Source: Spirochaetota bacterium
GTDB taxonomy: Bacteria > Spirochaetota > UBA4802 > JAFGDQ01
Reading direction: 5' to 3'
DNA: 64,000 bases
Assembly (NCBI GenBank): GCA_043803405.1
Contig: JAZDKB010000018.1
Location: 160,001 to 224,000 of the forward strand
Shown here: one piece after another, positions 48,721 to 60,187 of the stretch
How the letters are laid out: each line of letters opens with the position of its first letter
Position numbering within the stretch: the stretch's first letter is position 1
Position numbers and translations under genes: made by a program
Notes under the pieces: generated by a model
Seen by the model: the letters and a program-made list of their open reading frames with translations, nothing else
What the model was told of the DNA's origin: nothing
The model's database searches: none

Positions 48721-50643
48721 TTAAATCAGTTTTTCAATAAAATGATGATGTAAAAGCTGCATGGATATTATGCCCACGATCGTCATGTCGTCGCGCTCGC
48801 TTACGTTTTTACTTTCGGGCGATAATTTATTGAGCAGGCCTTCGGTAATCTTAGAGTCAAAATAACCTCCCTTTTCAATCGCTTCTTTTGAGATCATTTT
48901 TGAGGCATCATTATCCCTGTTATAAAAGCACTGGCTGATAGGCGCCCTGTAGGGCTGTTTGTATCTTTTTACAATCGACTCCGGAAGAATATCTTCATAG
49001 GTTTTCTTAAGTATATATTTTTCGTTTAATATTTTTATCTTATATTTGGGCGGGATCGTATTCGCGAATTCGATTACATTATGGTCGAGAAAAGGAAAAC
49101 GCCCCTCGATTGAATGGCCCATCATCATCCTGTCGCCCTGCGACGAAAGAAGATAGCCGGACATGAAAAGCGTTGCTTCCAGGTACTGCGCCCTGCAGAG
49201 CGGATGCCATCTCATTATGTCCGGATCGACGTAGTCATCGAGTTCATGAAAGAGACGCTCGCCGCTGAATGAGTCCCTGTGCTGCCCGGTAAAATAATTT
49301 TTAATTTGTGATGTATTGTTCCAGCGTATAAGGTGCGAGTAATATTTATTGTTCGTATCCGCAAGATTTTTTCTGAAAAAGGACTGCCAGAATCTCCCGA
49401 TCCTGGGGTCCCTTGATACGTCAGGGTAAAGCGACGACAGAAGATTCGCGCGCCATTTCGAATCAGGGCTTTTGGCCCAGAACCTGCGGACTTTATCCTC
49501 CTTGAATATGTCGTAACCTCCCAGGATCTCGTCCGATCCTTCGCCGGTAAGCACGACCTTTATGTTATTGTCGCGCACCAGGCCTGAGAGAATATACAAC
49601 GGAGCAGGCGCTGTCCTTAACATCGGTTTCTCGGAAAAGTAAACTACATCGGAAAATGTTTTTCCTATGTTATCATAGTTCGCTTCTATAATGCGGTGAT
49701 CGGTCTTAAGGTAATCCACCATCTGCATCTGGTAAGCGCGCTCATCGAATTTAGTATCGCCGAAAGCCACGGAAAACGTGATGAGGTCGTTGTTATGATA
49801 CTTCTTGACAAGCGATGTTATAACCGATGAGTCCAGGCCGCCTGACAGGTACGCGGCAACCGGCACGTCGGCCCTCAGCCTGATCGTTGTCGCTTCGAAC
49901 AGCCTCTCTTTAAGACCCGCCATGTAATACGAAAGAGGCCTGTCCTCATAATCGTTTTCATCCGGGAACTCGAACTTCCAGTACCTGTGAGCGGCTGCCC
50001 TGCCTTCGCTGACAGTCATCAGGTGGCCGGGCGCAAGTTCGTTAATATTTTTAAACACAGTCCTCGGCGGAATGTTAACCCATAAGGTAAATATCTGCTC
50101 AATGCCGCGCATGTCAATCTCGGGCGTTACGCCGGGATAGCGGAATATTGCTTTCATCTCAGAGGCAAAAAGAAATGTCCCGTCCGGGAGCATGGAATAA
50201 AAAAGCGGCCTTATCCCGACCCGGTCGCGGGCGAGCACAAGCCGTTTCTCTTTCGCGTCCCATATTGCTATCGCGAACTGGCCTGTAAAATGCGTAAAGC
50301 AGTCCCTTCCCCATTCCTCATAACCATGGACAATAACTTCGGTATCGCTGTGAGTGGCCAAGCGGTGTCCTTTCTTTTCCAGCTCTTCCCGGAGTTCAAT
50401 GTAATTAAATATCTCGCCGTTGAAAACAACGCATATGGATCCGTCCTCGTTAAACATGGGCTGTTTCCCGCCCGAAAGGTCGATTATAGAAAGCCTGCTC
50501 TGGGCCAGGCCAACTTCATCCTTTATGTAAAATCCGCTTTCATCCGGGCCCCTGTGTTTAAGGCTTTCTATCATGCTGCTCAGGGTTTTCGAATCAATTC
50601 CCCTGTCGTTCGCACTGTTTAGTATACCTGCAATTCCGCACAT
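48721..50643 (-). CDS. asnB: Asparagine synthase (glutamine-hydrolysing) family amidotransferase
   Basis: MCGIAG, HRGPD, FNGEIFN, LSGGLDSS, LTGEGSDE, RFPFLD. Confidence 0.93.
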   Translation of the reverse strand: MCGIAGILNSANDRGIDSKTLSSMIESLKHRGPDESGFYIKDEVGLAQSRLSIIDLSGGKQPMFNEDGSICVVFNGEIFNYIELREELEKKGHRLATHSDTEVIVHGYEEWGRDCFTHFTGQFAIAIWDAKEKRLVLARDRVGIRPLFYSMLPDGTFLFASEMKAIFRYPGVTPEIDMRGIEQIFTLWVNIPPRTVFKNINELAPGHLMTVSEGRAAAHRYWKFEFPDENDYEDRPLSYYMAGLKERLFEATTIRLRADVPVAAYLSGGLDSSVITSLVKKYHNNDLITFSVAFGDTKFDERAYQMQMVDYLKTDHRIIEANYDNIGKTFSDVVYFSEKPMLRTAPAPLYILSGLVRDNNIKVVLTGEGSDEILGGYDIFKEDKVRRFWAKSPDSKWRANLLSSLYPDVSRDPRIGRFWQSFFRKNLADTNNKYYSHLIRWNNTSQIKNYFTGQHRDSFSGERLFHELDDYVDPDIMRWHPLCRAQYLEATLFMSGYLLSSQGDRMMMGHSIEGRFPFLDHNVIEFANTIPPKYKIKILNEKYILKKTYEDILPESIVKRYKQPYRAPISQCFYNRDNDASKMISKEAIEKGGYFDSKITEGLLNKLSPESKNVSERDDMTIVGIISMQLLHHHFIEKLI

Positions 50644-51068
50644 AATTTTTCCGTTAAATAATTTCGTTAATTTAAACTACTAAAAAACTGAATACTTATC
50701 ATTCATTTTATAAAATAATATTTTTAAAAGTAAAAAATCAAGCCACTATTAATTAAGGCAAAATGATTTGGCTATTTTTCATTTCCTTTATGTAAAATAA
50801 TCCGGTATTGCGTATTCCGGAAGAAATGCTGTCAGGTTAATTATCTGCCATAGTGAAATTCAAGACAATTAATTTCCCTTTTATTATCAGATTGGCCGAT
50901 CTTTTAATTTTATTGCGTTTTAATTCCATTTTTTTTCCAAAACTAAAATGGCGCTAATCAAACGATAAAAAATTTACATGCAGTGATGATTTACAGAAAG
51001 AATAAATTTCTGTTGACTTGTAATAATTACACGATTTTATTTCTATAAATTCCTCAGGTGATTGTTCA

Positions 51069-51533
51069 ATGAAAACAAATGCTATACGAATCCTTGAATC
51101 GAAAAAGATCGCTCATACAACGGCTGAATACGGATACGATGAGGATGAGTTGAATGCCGTCAGTGTTGCGAACTCGATTGGAGCGCTGCCTGAGACAGTT
51201 TTCAAGACTTTAGTCGCGCGAAATGATAAAAATAATGTCATAGTATTCGTGATCCCCGGCAACTTTAACCTCAATCTAAAAAAGGCCGCAACATCTTCAT
51301 ATTCAAAGAACATTGAAATGCTCAAGGTCAAAGAACTTTTTCCTATCACCGGATATATTCGCGGCGGATGCTCCCCGATAGGCATGAAAAAATTTTTTCC
51401 GGCATTCATAGACGAAACTGCCCGGCTTCATGAAAAAATATATATAAGCGCCGGAATTCGCGGTATGCAGATCTGTCTTTCTCCTTTAGATCTTGCGAAG
51501 GTCATTGAAGGGATATTTGCAGATCTGATATAA
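51069..51533 (+). CDS. ybaK: Cys-tRNA(Pro) deacylase
   Basis: KTNAIRIL, VFKTLV, TGYIRGGCSPIG, ISAGIRG. Confidence 0.93.
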   Translation: MKTNAIRILESKKIAHTTAEYGYDEDELNAVSVANSIGALPETVFKTLVARNDKNNVIVFVIPGNFNLNLKKAATSSYSKNIEMLKVKELFPITGYIRGGCSPIGMKKFFPAFIDETARLHEKIYISAGIRGMQICLSPLDLAKVIEGIFADLI

Positions 51534-51561
51534 AGTCTTAATATGAAATATGTTTATAAAA

Positions 51562-51614
51562 AAAGGATCATACTTTACACTCGTGTTTCAAAAAACTGTA
51601 AAGTATGATCCTTT
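51562..51614. terminator. Long hairpin between convergent genes
   Basis: AAAGGATCATACTTTACA-N17-TGTAAAGTATGATCCTTT, perfect 18-bp inverted repeat. Confidence 0.65.
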
Positions 51615-51684
51615 GTAAACATGTATGACGAATATTCTGAAAGCATTTTCTCAAGTTAACGGGTTTAAAAGCAGTATAATAATA

Positions 51685-52533
51685 TTATAATTTCTTCGCT
51701 GAAACGATCATCATATCTCCTAAATAAAATTTCTTTGCCAGATAATCTGCCAGGTTTCTGATAATCGATCCGCTTTTTCCGAAATTGCTTCCATAAGTTT
51801 TATAGCGAACAACCTGGAATCCTGAATTCTCCAGAATCTCTTTTAAAGTTCTGTACGAAAAAAAGAATATGTGCTCTGGAAAATTATAGAACCTCCACTC
51901 TTTGCCGAAAAGCCTCATAAAGTTTAAACCCCCGGCTCTGCATGTTGAGATGCACAGAATCCCGTTTGCATCCATATCTTTATAAATTTTTTTTAATACC
52001 AGATCGGGCCGGTGCAAGTGCTCAATTGTCGCCCATAAAGTTATAAGCTGAAATTTTTTTGAATAATTGATCTTAAGATAATCACCAGGGCGGACATCCA
52101 TTCCCGATTTGCGGGCAAAAGCTACGCAGTCTTTTGAAACATCAATGCCCGAAGAATCCCATCCCCTTCCTTTCATGAAATTTACGAAATATCCTGCGGC
52201 GCAGCCTATATCAAGACAGTTTTTCCTTCCCTTTAACCAGTCCTCAAATTTAAAAAAGTCAAGGTCTGCCAGGTTAAGTTTAAATACACGTTCAATTTCA
52301 TTTCTGACTTTATCGGAAAAATAATTATCATAACCGCGCTCTGTTCTTTTAGTAAAATATTCTTTGCTGTAATATTTTTTTATTTCTTTTTCATCGGGCA
52401 CAGATGAAAGGAAGCGCATTCCGCACCTGCTGCATTTGACAAGCGTAAATTCGTCGCCCCTTTCGGACGCTTTTTTAAACTGCGGCGTAAAATTTTTAGA
52501 TCCGCAAACAATGCATGTATCGATTGTTATCAT
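51685..52533 (-). CDS. Class I SAM-dependent methyltransferase with N-terminal Zn-binding motif
   Basis: CIVCG..CSRCG; LDIGCAAG; TIEHLHRP; PEHIFFF. Confidence 0.88.
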   Translation of the reverse strand: MITIDTCIVCGSKNFTPQFKKASERGDEFTLVKCSRCGMRFLSSVPDEKEIKKYYSKEYFTKRTERGYDNYFSDKVRNEIERVFKLNLADLDFFKFEDWLKGRKNCLDIGCAAGYFVNFMKGRGWDSSGIDVSKDCVAFARKSGMDVRPGDYLKINYSKKFQLITLWATIEHLHRPDLVLKKIYKDMDANGILCISTCRAGGLNFMRLFGKEWRFYNFPEHIFFFSYRTLKEILENSGFQVVRYKTYGSNFGKSGSIIRNLADYLAKKFYLGDMMIVSAKKL

Positions 52534-52635
52534 AAATTTTTTCCGGCTTATTCGTTAAAGCTGCAACGCACTCGCTTTTTTAAAGTGATTTGTGTACATT
52601 TAATATTACGTTGTAGCGAATAACGCATTATCGGT

Positions 52636-53778
52636 TTACTGATCGTTTAACAGCGATAAAACTATTTTAGCAATTCTGTTGATCGCGTTCGGCTTCCCAA
52701 GCTTGCGTTTAACATCTGCAATATTTTTAATCATATCATTCAATAAACTTTTGTTGTCCAGATATCTGCTGACTTCCAGAAATATTTTTTTGCCTGTCAC
52801 ATTTCTTTGAAGAAGCTCTGTGCAAATTCTTTTGCCTGCAACAATATTGACTAGGGCAATATTTTTTATTTTAAGAACAAGCCTTGCGATCAATTCGGAA
52901 AAGAGGTCTATTTTATAAACGACTATCATCGGCTTGCCTATTATTGCTGTTTCCAGGGTAGCAGTGCCGGATGAGATTATTATAAAGTCGCATTTCTTAA
53001 TGGCTTTGTATGTATTGTCGGATATAATGCGAATTTTTAATTCAGAATAGGCGGGGTTACTCATATATAATTTTACAAAGTCAATTGCCTCTCCTTTTAT
53101 TAATGGCAGCAAAAAAGAAGCACCGTATTTTTTTTGCAGGATAACTGCTGCGTCGAGCATTGCAGGAAGATGTCTCTTTACCTCCGACAATCTTGAGCCT
53201 GGCAGAATGCCTATGCATCTTCCTGTGCTCCCGGCAGCAGTGCTGCGTGCTCCAGATAAACCGGATGAGACAAGATCGACCAGCGGGTTGCCTGCGAAAA
53301 AAACTTTTACACCCTCCTTCCTGTATATCTCCTCTTCAAACGGATACAGAACTATCATTGCATCAACATATTTTTTTATCTTTTCAATTCTCGAGTAATG
53401 CCATGCCCATATTTGCGGAGAAATATAATATATAATCTGTATGTTGCTTTTTTTTAGTTTTTCCGCAAGACGCAGATTAAACCCCGGAAAGTCTATTAAA
53501 ATTACAGTATTAATCCCTTTCGATAATACGAACTCAAGAATATTATTAAGCGCTTTTTTGTAGAAAGAGAGCTTAAGCAAAGGTTCAATCATTCCCATGC
53601 TTGCGAAGTCTTTGTAATTATAAATAAGCTTAACTTTTTCTTTATTTAAATTTTCTCCGCCTACGCCATAAAACCCGATATCCTTACTCAGCTTTTTTAT
53701 GGCGTTCACAAGAAGGCCGCCATGCATATCGCCGCTTGCTTCTCCGGCCATTATAAAAATTTTTTGTGTATGTTTCAT
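52636..53778 (-). CDS. lpxB: Lipid-A-disaccharide synthase
   Basis: AGEASGD, IDFPGFN, YISPQIWAW, LPGSR, SGTATLE. Confidence 0.95.
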   Translation of the reverse strand: MKHTQKIFIMAGEASGDMHGGLLVNAIKKLSKDIGFYGVGGENLNKEKVKLIYNYKDFASMGMIEPLLKLSFYKKALNNILEFVLSKGINTVILIDFPGFNLRLAEKLKKSNIQIIYYISPQIWAWHYSRIEKIKKYVDAMIVLYPFEEEIYRKEGVKVFFAGNPLVDLVSSGLSGARSTAAGSTGRCIGILPGSRLSEVKRHLPAMLDAAVILQKKYGASFLLPLIKGEAIDFVKLYMSNPAYSELKIRIISDNTYKAIKKCDFIIISSGTATLETAIIGKPMIVVYKIDLFSELIARLVLKIKNIALVNIVAGKRICTELLQRNVTGKKIFLEVSRYLDNKSLLNDMIKNIADVKRKLGKPNAINRIAKIVLSLLNDQ

Positions 53779-53962
53779 AGCATTGGATGATCTCATGGAA
53801 TAGAGTACTTATTAATTTGTATAATAATTCCTCCGGAAAGTTCATTGTTAGCTATTATATATTTTTGTACGTTTGTCAATCAAACAAATAATTCATTTGA
53901 CATGATAAGATTATTATTTCTATACAAAAAGAGTAAGGAAATAGAAGAACATAAATAATACA

Positions 53963-54880
53963 ATGAGCAATCACAAATACTGGATAGCCTTAGAGCAGGC
54001 AAAGGGAATAGGCCCCGCGAATCTAAAGATTATTTATGATAAATTAAAAAGCTTTAATCTGTCAATAATTGATCTTTTTAACCTAACTCCTGCGGAGATC
54101 AAAAGCGAATTTGCCTTGCACGAAAATGTAATTAACGCAATCGGGAACGCAAAGAATTCCATATATAGAATAGAAGAAGATTATCATTCATTGATTGATG
54201 CGGGAGTTGAGCCTTTACTTTTTTTTGAGGAAGCTTATCCGGTGCGTCTGCATAACATATTAAAGACATCGATCCCGCCTGTGCTGTATATATATGGCAA
54301 CAGAAATATCCTTAAAGAAAAAGGCGCTGCAATACTCGCTGAAAAAGATCTGAGCGAAAGAGGAGAAAATATCACTTATCTTGCTGCGAAAGAACTTTCA
54401 ATGCACAGGATTGCGGTAATAAGCGGTATGGCCAAAGGTGCGGATATTGCGCACAGAAGCGCTCTTTTAAACGGAGGCGCCACAATTGCGATATTACCGC
54501 ATGGCATATTTCATTTTAAAATTCCTGATCTTTTAAAAGATGTATATGATCCCGAAAAAATTCTTATAATCTCGCCTTTTTATCCTTCTGCAGAACCGAA
54601 TAAATATAATGCTTATATCAGAAACAGGCTGATTTGCGCTCTCTCTTATGCTGTTTATATAACGGAAGCTGCTCAGGACGGCGGAATTTTTGAAGCCGCG
54701 AAATCTGCAAAGAAATTAAATGTGCCGTTATTTGTAACTGAATATAAAGACTATCCAAAGAGCGCTTCTGCAAATAAATCTTTAATTGATGATGGAGCTT
54801 TTCCTGTTAAAGGCAGGCTCATAAATAATGAGCTGACCCCCAACCTGGATGATTTAACAGGCATTGTAAAATTTAAATAA
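53963..54880 (+). CDS. dprA: DNA-processing protein DprA/Smf
   Basis: GIGPA, YPVRL..PPVLYIYGN, ISGMAKGAD, RNRLICALS. Confidence 0.85.
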   Translation: MSNHKYWIALEQAKGIGPANLKIIYDKLKSFNLSIIDLFNLTPAEIKSEFALHENVINAIGNAKNSIYRIEEDYHSLIDAGVEPLLFFEEAYPVRLHNILKTSIPPVLYIYGNRNILKEKGAAILAEKDLSERGENITYLAAKELSMHRIAVISGMAKGADIAHRSALLNGGATIAILPHGIFHFKIPDLLKDVYDPEKILIISPFYPSAEPNKYNAYIRNRLICALSYAVYITEAAQDGGIFEAAKSAKKLNVPLFVTEYKDYPKSASANKSLIDDGAFPVKGRLINNELTPNLDDLTGIVKFK

Positions 54881-55058
54881 AACGTCTGCTACTAACCATT
54901 ATTTAATGCAGTTATTATAATTCAACTTGACGTAAAAGTTTTACTTCGATATATTAAGAATCTATTACATTGGATAGTTTATGAACGAGTTAAAAGGATA
55001 ATTTCCAATCTGTTAAGATAGATTCTGAGCCATATTTATTATTATCGGGGCATAAGTT

Positions 55059-55289
55059 ATGAATGCGTATAAACTACTTACAAATATACCTAAAGAAAGA
55101 AAAATTTATCTCGAAATTCCTTCATCCTTTCCTGTTGGGCCAGTTGAAATTATTATGCTTTCTGGCGATAAAGCAGAAAGCGTGAATGAAGAAAATATAA
55201 AAAAAATTTATGGTTCTTTTAAAGGAAGCAAATTCAACTCTGAACGATTTATTCAGCTTAAACAAGAAGAAAAGGAATTAGATCGATAA
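55059..55289 (+). CDS. Putative antitoxin
   Basis: 76-aa ORF coupled by a TAATG overlap to a PIN gene. Confidence 0.6.
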   Translation: MNAYKLLTNIPKERKIYLEIPSSFPVGPVEIIMLSGDKAESVNEENIKKIYGSFKGSKFNSERFIQLKQEEKELDR

Positions 55290-55702
55290 TGGAGACTTAT
55301 GTTTTTGACGCCTGCTCTTTGATCGCTTTTTTTGAAGGAGAACCCGGGTCCGATAAAGTCCGAGATATTATAATTAAAGCCAATAGAGGGAATTGTATTA
55401 TATACATAAATAAAATCAACTTACTCGAAATTTACTATGGGTTTCTTCGAGACGATGGCCGCGAAACTGCAGAAAAAGCTTTTAGTGATGTTTTGTCCCT
55501 TCCTGTCAGTATTGTTGATATTCTAGGAGATGATCTAATTAAAGAAGCTGGAAGGATAAAAGCAGTTTATAAAGTTTCTCTAGCTGATTCGATTGCAATA
55601 GCTGAAGCAAAAATTCGAAAAGCACGTCTAGTGAGTTCAGACCACCATGAGTTAGATATTATTGATAAAAAAGGTGAGGTAGACTTTCTTTGGATCAGAT
55701 GA
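55289..55702 (+). CDS. vapC: PIN-domain VapC-like toxin
   Basis: YVFDACSLIA, INLLEIYY, SLADSIAIA, LVSSDHHE. Confidence 0.88.
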   Translation: METYVFDACSLIAFFEGEPGSDKVRDIIIKANRGNCIIYINKINLLEIYYGFLRDDGRETAEKAFSDVLSLPVSIVDILGDDLIKEAGRIKAVYKVSLADSIAIAEAKIRKARLVSSDHHELDIIDKKGEVDFLWIR

Positions 55703-55955
55703 GAATATTCTAACCGTCATTTTAAAATTATAGTTCTTAATATTAGCCCCCCTCCGTTTGTTACGAACATATTACAATCATATTAACCAAATGTAAATTT
55801 AATCCTAAAAACTGGTGTTTCTGGATTCTGCTGTTGACTCTTAATGCCTGAATGTCTATCAATAGATCAAAAAGTAACACAAAATATTATTTTAATATTA
55901 AATTAAACATTAAAATAAAAATAATAAAATATTTTATTTAGCCGGAGGTTATTAT

Positions 55956-57179
55956 ATGATAAACTATGTGGATACCGTATGGATGCTGATATCCACTGCG
56001 ATGGTTATGCTTATGACTCCAACCCTCGCATTCTTTTACGGCGGTTTAGTCCGGAAGAAAAATGTTCTCTCCATATTAATGCAGACATTTGCGATCCTTG
56101 CAGCTGTTTCCCTGCAATGGATTCTTTTCGGGTATAGTATTGCATTTGGCCCGGATTTCGGCAGCATAATAGGAAAGCTTGATTATATAGGTTTAAGCGG
56201 AGTAGGAATGGCTCCTCTTGACGGACAGACAATACCGCATCAGGTTTTTGTGTTATTCCAGATGATGTTTGCTGTAATAACCCCGGCACTGATCATTGGT
56301 GCATTTGCGGAAAGAATCAAATTCTGCGGTTTTTTATTGTTCATTATTTTATGGACAACATTTATTTACGACCCGATGGCTCACTGGGTCTGGTCTCCTG
56401 CCGGCTGGCTGGCAAAACTCGGAGCTCTTGACTTTGCCGGAGGAACAGTAATTCACATTACAGCAGGAATATCAGCTCTGGTTATGGCATTATTGCTTGG
56501 CAAACGTTCCGGGCTTACTGTCGGCAAAGCGCCTCATAATCTCCCTTTTGCGGTTCTGGGTGCGGGTTTCCTATGGTTCGGCTGGTTCGGTTTTAATGCA
56601 GGAAGCGCGCTTTCCGTGGGACCTGTGACAGTATCTGCTTTTTTAAATACAAATACAGCGGCAGCAGCGGCCGCACTTACATGGATGTTCCTGGACTGGA
56701 TGATAAACAAAGTTCCTACGGTGCTTGGAGTGATTACAGGCCTTGTTGCGGGACTTGTAGCCATAACTCCTGCTGCGGGTTATGTAACGCCCATTGCTTC
56801 GATTTTTATAGGAGCAAGCGGCAGCGTACTTGGCTTTATTTTCGTATCTAAAATAAAACCAAAATTCGGATATGATGATTCTCTGGATGTATTCGGCGTG
56901 CACGGCATCGCAGGGATTACGGGAGCAATTCTGACAGGTGTTTTTGCCACAAAAACGATTAATACGGCAGGAGCAGACGGTCTTCTGTACGGGAATCCAT
57001 CGCAGCTTTTTGTGCAGGCAATAACTGTATTAGTCGCAATAGTCTATTCGGCATTGGGTACTTACATATTGTTTAAATTAGTCGATGCTGTTATTGGACT
57101 AAGAGTGGATGCTAAAGATGAATATATCGGCCTTGATCTCACACAGCATCACGAAGCCGGGTACACCTTAATGGAGTAG
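55956..57179 (+). CDS. amtB: Ammonium transporter
   Basis: [38 protein letters not shown]. Confidence 0.95.
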   Translation: MINYVDTVWMLISTAMVMLMTPTLAFFYGGLVRKKNVLSILMQTFAILAAVSLQWILFGYSIAFGPDFGSIIGKLDYIGLSGVGMAPLDGQTIPHQVFVLFQMMFAVITPALIIGAFAERIKFCGFLLFIILWTTFIYDPMAHWVWSPAGWLAKLGALDFAGGTVIHITAGISALVMALLLGKRSGLTVGKAPHNLPFAVLGAGFLWFGWFGFNAGSALSVGPVTVSAFLNTNTAAAAAALTWMFLDWMINKVPTVLGVITGLVAGLVAITPAAGYVTPIASIFIGASGSVLGFIFVSKIKPKFGYDDSLDVFGVHGIAGITGAILTGVFATKTINTAGADGLLYGNPSQLFVQAITVLVAIVYSALGTYILFKLVDAVIGLRVDAKDEYIGLDLTQHHEAGYTLME

Positions 57180-57190
57180 GGAGAAAAAAT

Positions 57191-57532
57191 ATGAAATACG
57201 TAATAGCAGTCATCAGGCCGCATAAACTGGAGGCCGTTAAAGCTGAGCTGGAAAAAGAAGAAGTCCATCTTATGACAATAAGCGAAGTTCTCGGATGCGG
57301 ACGTCAGAAAGGGATCACTGAGGTATATCGCGGTGTTAAAGAAGTAGACAACCTTTTACGCAAAGTAAAGCTGGAGATTGCAGTTAACGATTCTTTTCTT
57401 GAAAAAACAATCTCGGCCATTACAAGAGGTGCCGGCGAGGGAAAAATCGGAGACGGCAAAATATTCGTTCTGGACCTTAACGAATGCATCAGGATAAGTT
57501 CCGGCGAACGGGGCCATGTCGCAATCGGCTAA
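57191..57532 (+). CDS. glnK: P-II nitrogen regulator
   Basis: GCGRQKG..VYRG T-loop, [16 protein letters not shown]. Confidence 0.92.
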   Translation: MKYVIAVIRPHKLEAVKAELEKEEVHLMTISEVLGCGRQKGITEVYRGVKEVDNLLRKVKLEIAVNDSFLEKTISAITRGAGEGKIGDGKIFVLDLNECIRISSGERGHVAIG

Positions 57533-57631
57533 AATTAATAATAGTGATATTTGTTTATGTTGGATATCTGCGAAACAATCTTAATATTTATAACAGGATT
57601 GTTTCGCAGTAATTATTTGAATGATACAGGA

Positions 57632-57832
57632 TTATTTTATCTTGTATTTCTTCTTGAATTTTTCAACGCGGCCTGTGCTGTCTACAATTTTCTGTTTTTT
57701 AGTGTAAAATGGATGACAGCTGGAGCAAATTTCAACGTGAAGATCCTTTACAGTTGATCTTGTTTTGAATTCCTGCCCGCATGCGCATTTAATAGTAGTT
57801 TCTTCATAAGCAGGATGTATACCTTCTTTCAT
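57632..57832 (-). CDS. rpmE: 50S ribosomal protein L31 (Zn-binding type)
   Basis: [26 protein letters not shown]. Confidence 0.97.
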   Translation of the reverse strand: MKEGIHPAYEETTIKCACGQEFKTRSTVKDLHVEICSSCHPFYTKKQKIVDSTGRVEKFKKKYKIK

Positions 57833-57889
57833 ATTTATCTCCCTAATTGGTTCAATTATAGTATCGTGAATTTAAATCTCTCTTTTTGT

Positions 57890-59335
57890 TTAAGCTCCGG
57901 AATTCATTGCTCCGAAAAACGCTTTATTGTTTTTAGTCGCTTTCATCTTTTCAACCAGCAATTCCATTGCCTCAACAGGGCTCATTGGAGCAATTGCCTT
58001 TCTGAGTACCCATAGCTTACTTAGCTCTTCTTCGTCAAGCAAAAGTTCTTCTCTTCTTGTTCCGGATTTGTTAATGTCTATAGCAGGGAATACCCTTCTG
58101 TCAACGAGTTTCCGGTCAAGATTTACTTCACAGTTGCCGGTGCCCTTAAATTCTTCAAAAATTACCTCATCCATTCTGCTGCCGGTATCTATAAGAGCAG
58201 TCGCAAGAATTGTAAGGCTTCCGCCTTCTTCTATGTTTCTTGCTGCTCCGAAAAATCTTTTCGGTTTATGTAAAGCGTTTGAATCAACGCCGCCGGAAAG
58301 AATTTTACCGCTCGACGGCACAACCTGATTGTATGCTCTAGCAAGCCTTGTTATAGAGTCAAGCAAAATTACTACATCTTTTTTGTGTTCGACCAGCCTT
58401 TTCGCTTTCTCCATTACCATCTCAGCTACCTGCACATGCCGCGAAGCAGGCTCGTCAAAAGTGGAAGAAATTACTTCTCCTTTGACAGACCTTTGCATAT
58501 CTGTAACTTCTTCGGGCCTTTCATCTATCAGTAATACAATAAGGTATATTTCCGGATGATTTGTAGTTATTGAGTTTGCGATCTGCTGAAGAAGTATTGT
58601 TTTACCTGTCCTGGGTGGCGCTACAATTAAAGCTCTTTGACCTTTCCCCAAAGGAGTAAAAATGTTAACAATTCTCATACTTACGTTGTGTGCTTCAGTC
58701 TCAAGATTAATTCTGTTCTGAGGATAAAGAGGGGTAAGATTGTCAAAAAGAGCTCGTTTCTGCAGTTTCTCAGGATTTTCATAATTTACGGCTTCTATCC
58801 GGAGAAGCGCGTAAAAACGCTCATTATCCTTAGGAGGCCTTATTTGTCCTGTTACATTGTCGCCTGTTCGTAACCCGAAAAGTCTTATTTGAGATGGCGA
58901 AACATATATATCGTCGGGACCTGGTAAATAATTATAATTCGGAGAACGGAGGAAACCGTATCCGTCGCTTAATATTTCCAGAACCCCGCTTGAAAATATC
59001 AGACCACTTCTTTCAGTCTGCACTTTGAGTATTTCAAAAATCATATCCTGCTTTTTTAAACTTGAAACTCCTTCTATGCCCATTTCACGGGCAATAGCGG
59101 ATAATTCGCTGATAGTCTTATCTTTCAATTCAGCAAGGTCCAGTTTGCTGTCAGTTCCTGTAGATTTCTTTTTTTCAACACGGCTTTCATTTTTTATCCT
59201 GGGATTGCTTTTTCCTGTTGAAGGAACAGGTTTCTTATCAAAATGGTTGCTGCCATTTGAGCCGCTTGCGCCGTTCGTTCCATTAGAACCATTGCTTTTT
59301 ATATCAGCTTTTACAGTTTCAGTTGGTTTTATCAT
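57890..59335 (-). CDS. rho: Transcription termination factor Rho with a short N-terminal extension
   Basis: [45 protein letters not shown]. Confidence 0.97.
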   Translation of the reverse strand: MIKPTETVKADIKSNGSNGTNGASGSNGSNHFDKKPVPSTGKSNPRIKNESRVEKKKSTGTDSKLDLAELKDKTISELSAIAREMGIEGVSSLKKQDMIFEILKVQTERSGLIFSSGVLEILSDGYGFLRSPNYNYLPGPDDIYVSPSQIRLFGLRTGDNVTGQIRPPKDNERFYALLRIEAVNYENPEKLQKRALFDNLTPLYPQNRINLETEAHNVSMRIVNIFTPLGKGQRALIVAPPRTGKTILLQQIANSITTNHPEIYLIVLLIDERPEEVTDMQRSVKGEVISSTFDEPASRHVQVAEMVMEKAKRLVEHKKDVVILLDSITRLARAYNQVVPSSGKILSGGVDSNALHKPKRFFGAARNIEEGGSLTILATALIDTGSRMDEVIFEEFKGTGNCEVNLDRKLVDRRVFPAIDINKSGTRREELLLDEEELSKLWVLRKAIAPMSPVEAMELLVEKMKATKNNKAFFGAMNSGA

Positions 59336-59953
59336 AAATCACCTTTAAAATATATTAATTATTGCATTATTCTGAGAAACAGGGAAAGTCTGGATGCAGA
59401 AAATTATCTCCATTGTTTGGAACAGTATTTATTAATGTACACACTAGTATTTAATATGCGAGAAAAGAATCCAAAATTGTTTTAAAATCATAAATTGAAT
59501 AATAAGTATTTTTTAAGATATTTATAAGTATTTATCCATTATATGTAGTTATATATTGTATTCCACAATTAAATTTAATAAACGTTTCCTGGCTTCATTT
59601 TATCAAGAAATATTGTGAGTTACCAGATATTTAATTTTCTCTTGCAGGATTTTGATAAAGATCATTAAAATTAAAGGAGAAATTGCCTCATAAATATTTA
59701 TAGAAGATGTATAAAATAAAAATATACTCGTTAAATAATAAAAGTTATATATTATTCTACAGGGAAAGTTGAGTTTAAAACCATAAGTATAACTTTTTCT
59801 CTGCAGTTAATTTAAGAAATAGTTTTGAAATTTAAAACTGTTTGATCATGAGGATAATAATCGGAATTATTTATACCTGTTTGATAGATTAATATCACAT
59901 GACAAATTAGTCAAGGAAAATATTTTTGTTTTAAATTAAAATTTATTAATTTC

Positions 59954-59981
59954 TTGACATTTATAAATTTTAATTTAGACT
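59954..59981 (+). promoter_or_regulatory. Sigma70-like promoter candidate for flaA
   Basis: TTGACA-N16-TAGACT. Confidence 0.45.
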
Positions 59982-60160
59982 AAAATAGTTAAAAAATTAA
60001 ATATTTAGACCGCAAAATTTCAATAGTCCGGGTGCGCTATCGGTTAATTAAAATATTCATGCCTTATTGGAGCGGCTACCCAACCTAATATAAAACAGCG
60101 GAGGTAATGGTTGTTAAATCTTTAAATTAAAAATAAAATTAAATTGAATAATTTTATATT

Positions 60161-60187
60161 TAATTTCTTCAGATTATATTCCGATAT
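60161..60187 (+). promoter_or_regulatory. Sigma28-like promoter candidate for flaA
   Basis: TAAT-N15-TCCGATAT, compared with the consensus TAAA-N15-GCCGATAA. Confidence 0.45.

Noticed and set aside
55759..55776. GlnR/TnrA-like box upstream of amtB (TGTTA-N8-TTACA)
   Set aside because: Spacing is 8, not 7; single occurrence in AT-rich DNA.
55874..55904. Fourth GTAACA ECF motif upstream of amtB
   Set aside because: No TGTT box at the 17-nt position.
59336..60000. Replication origin in the AT-rich gap
   Set aside because: Only isolated, mismatched DnaA-box-like words (TTATCCATT, TATTCCACA); no cluster and no dnaA/dnaN nearby.
60107..60130. uORF MVVKSLN after GGAGG in the flaA leader
   Set aside because: Only 2 nt between GGAGG and ATG, and no associated switch structure identified.
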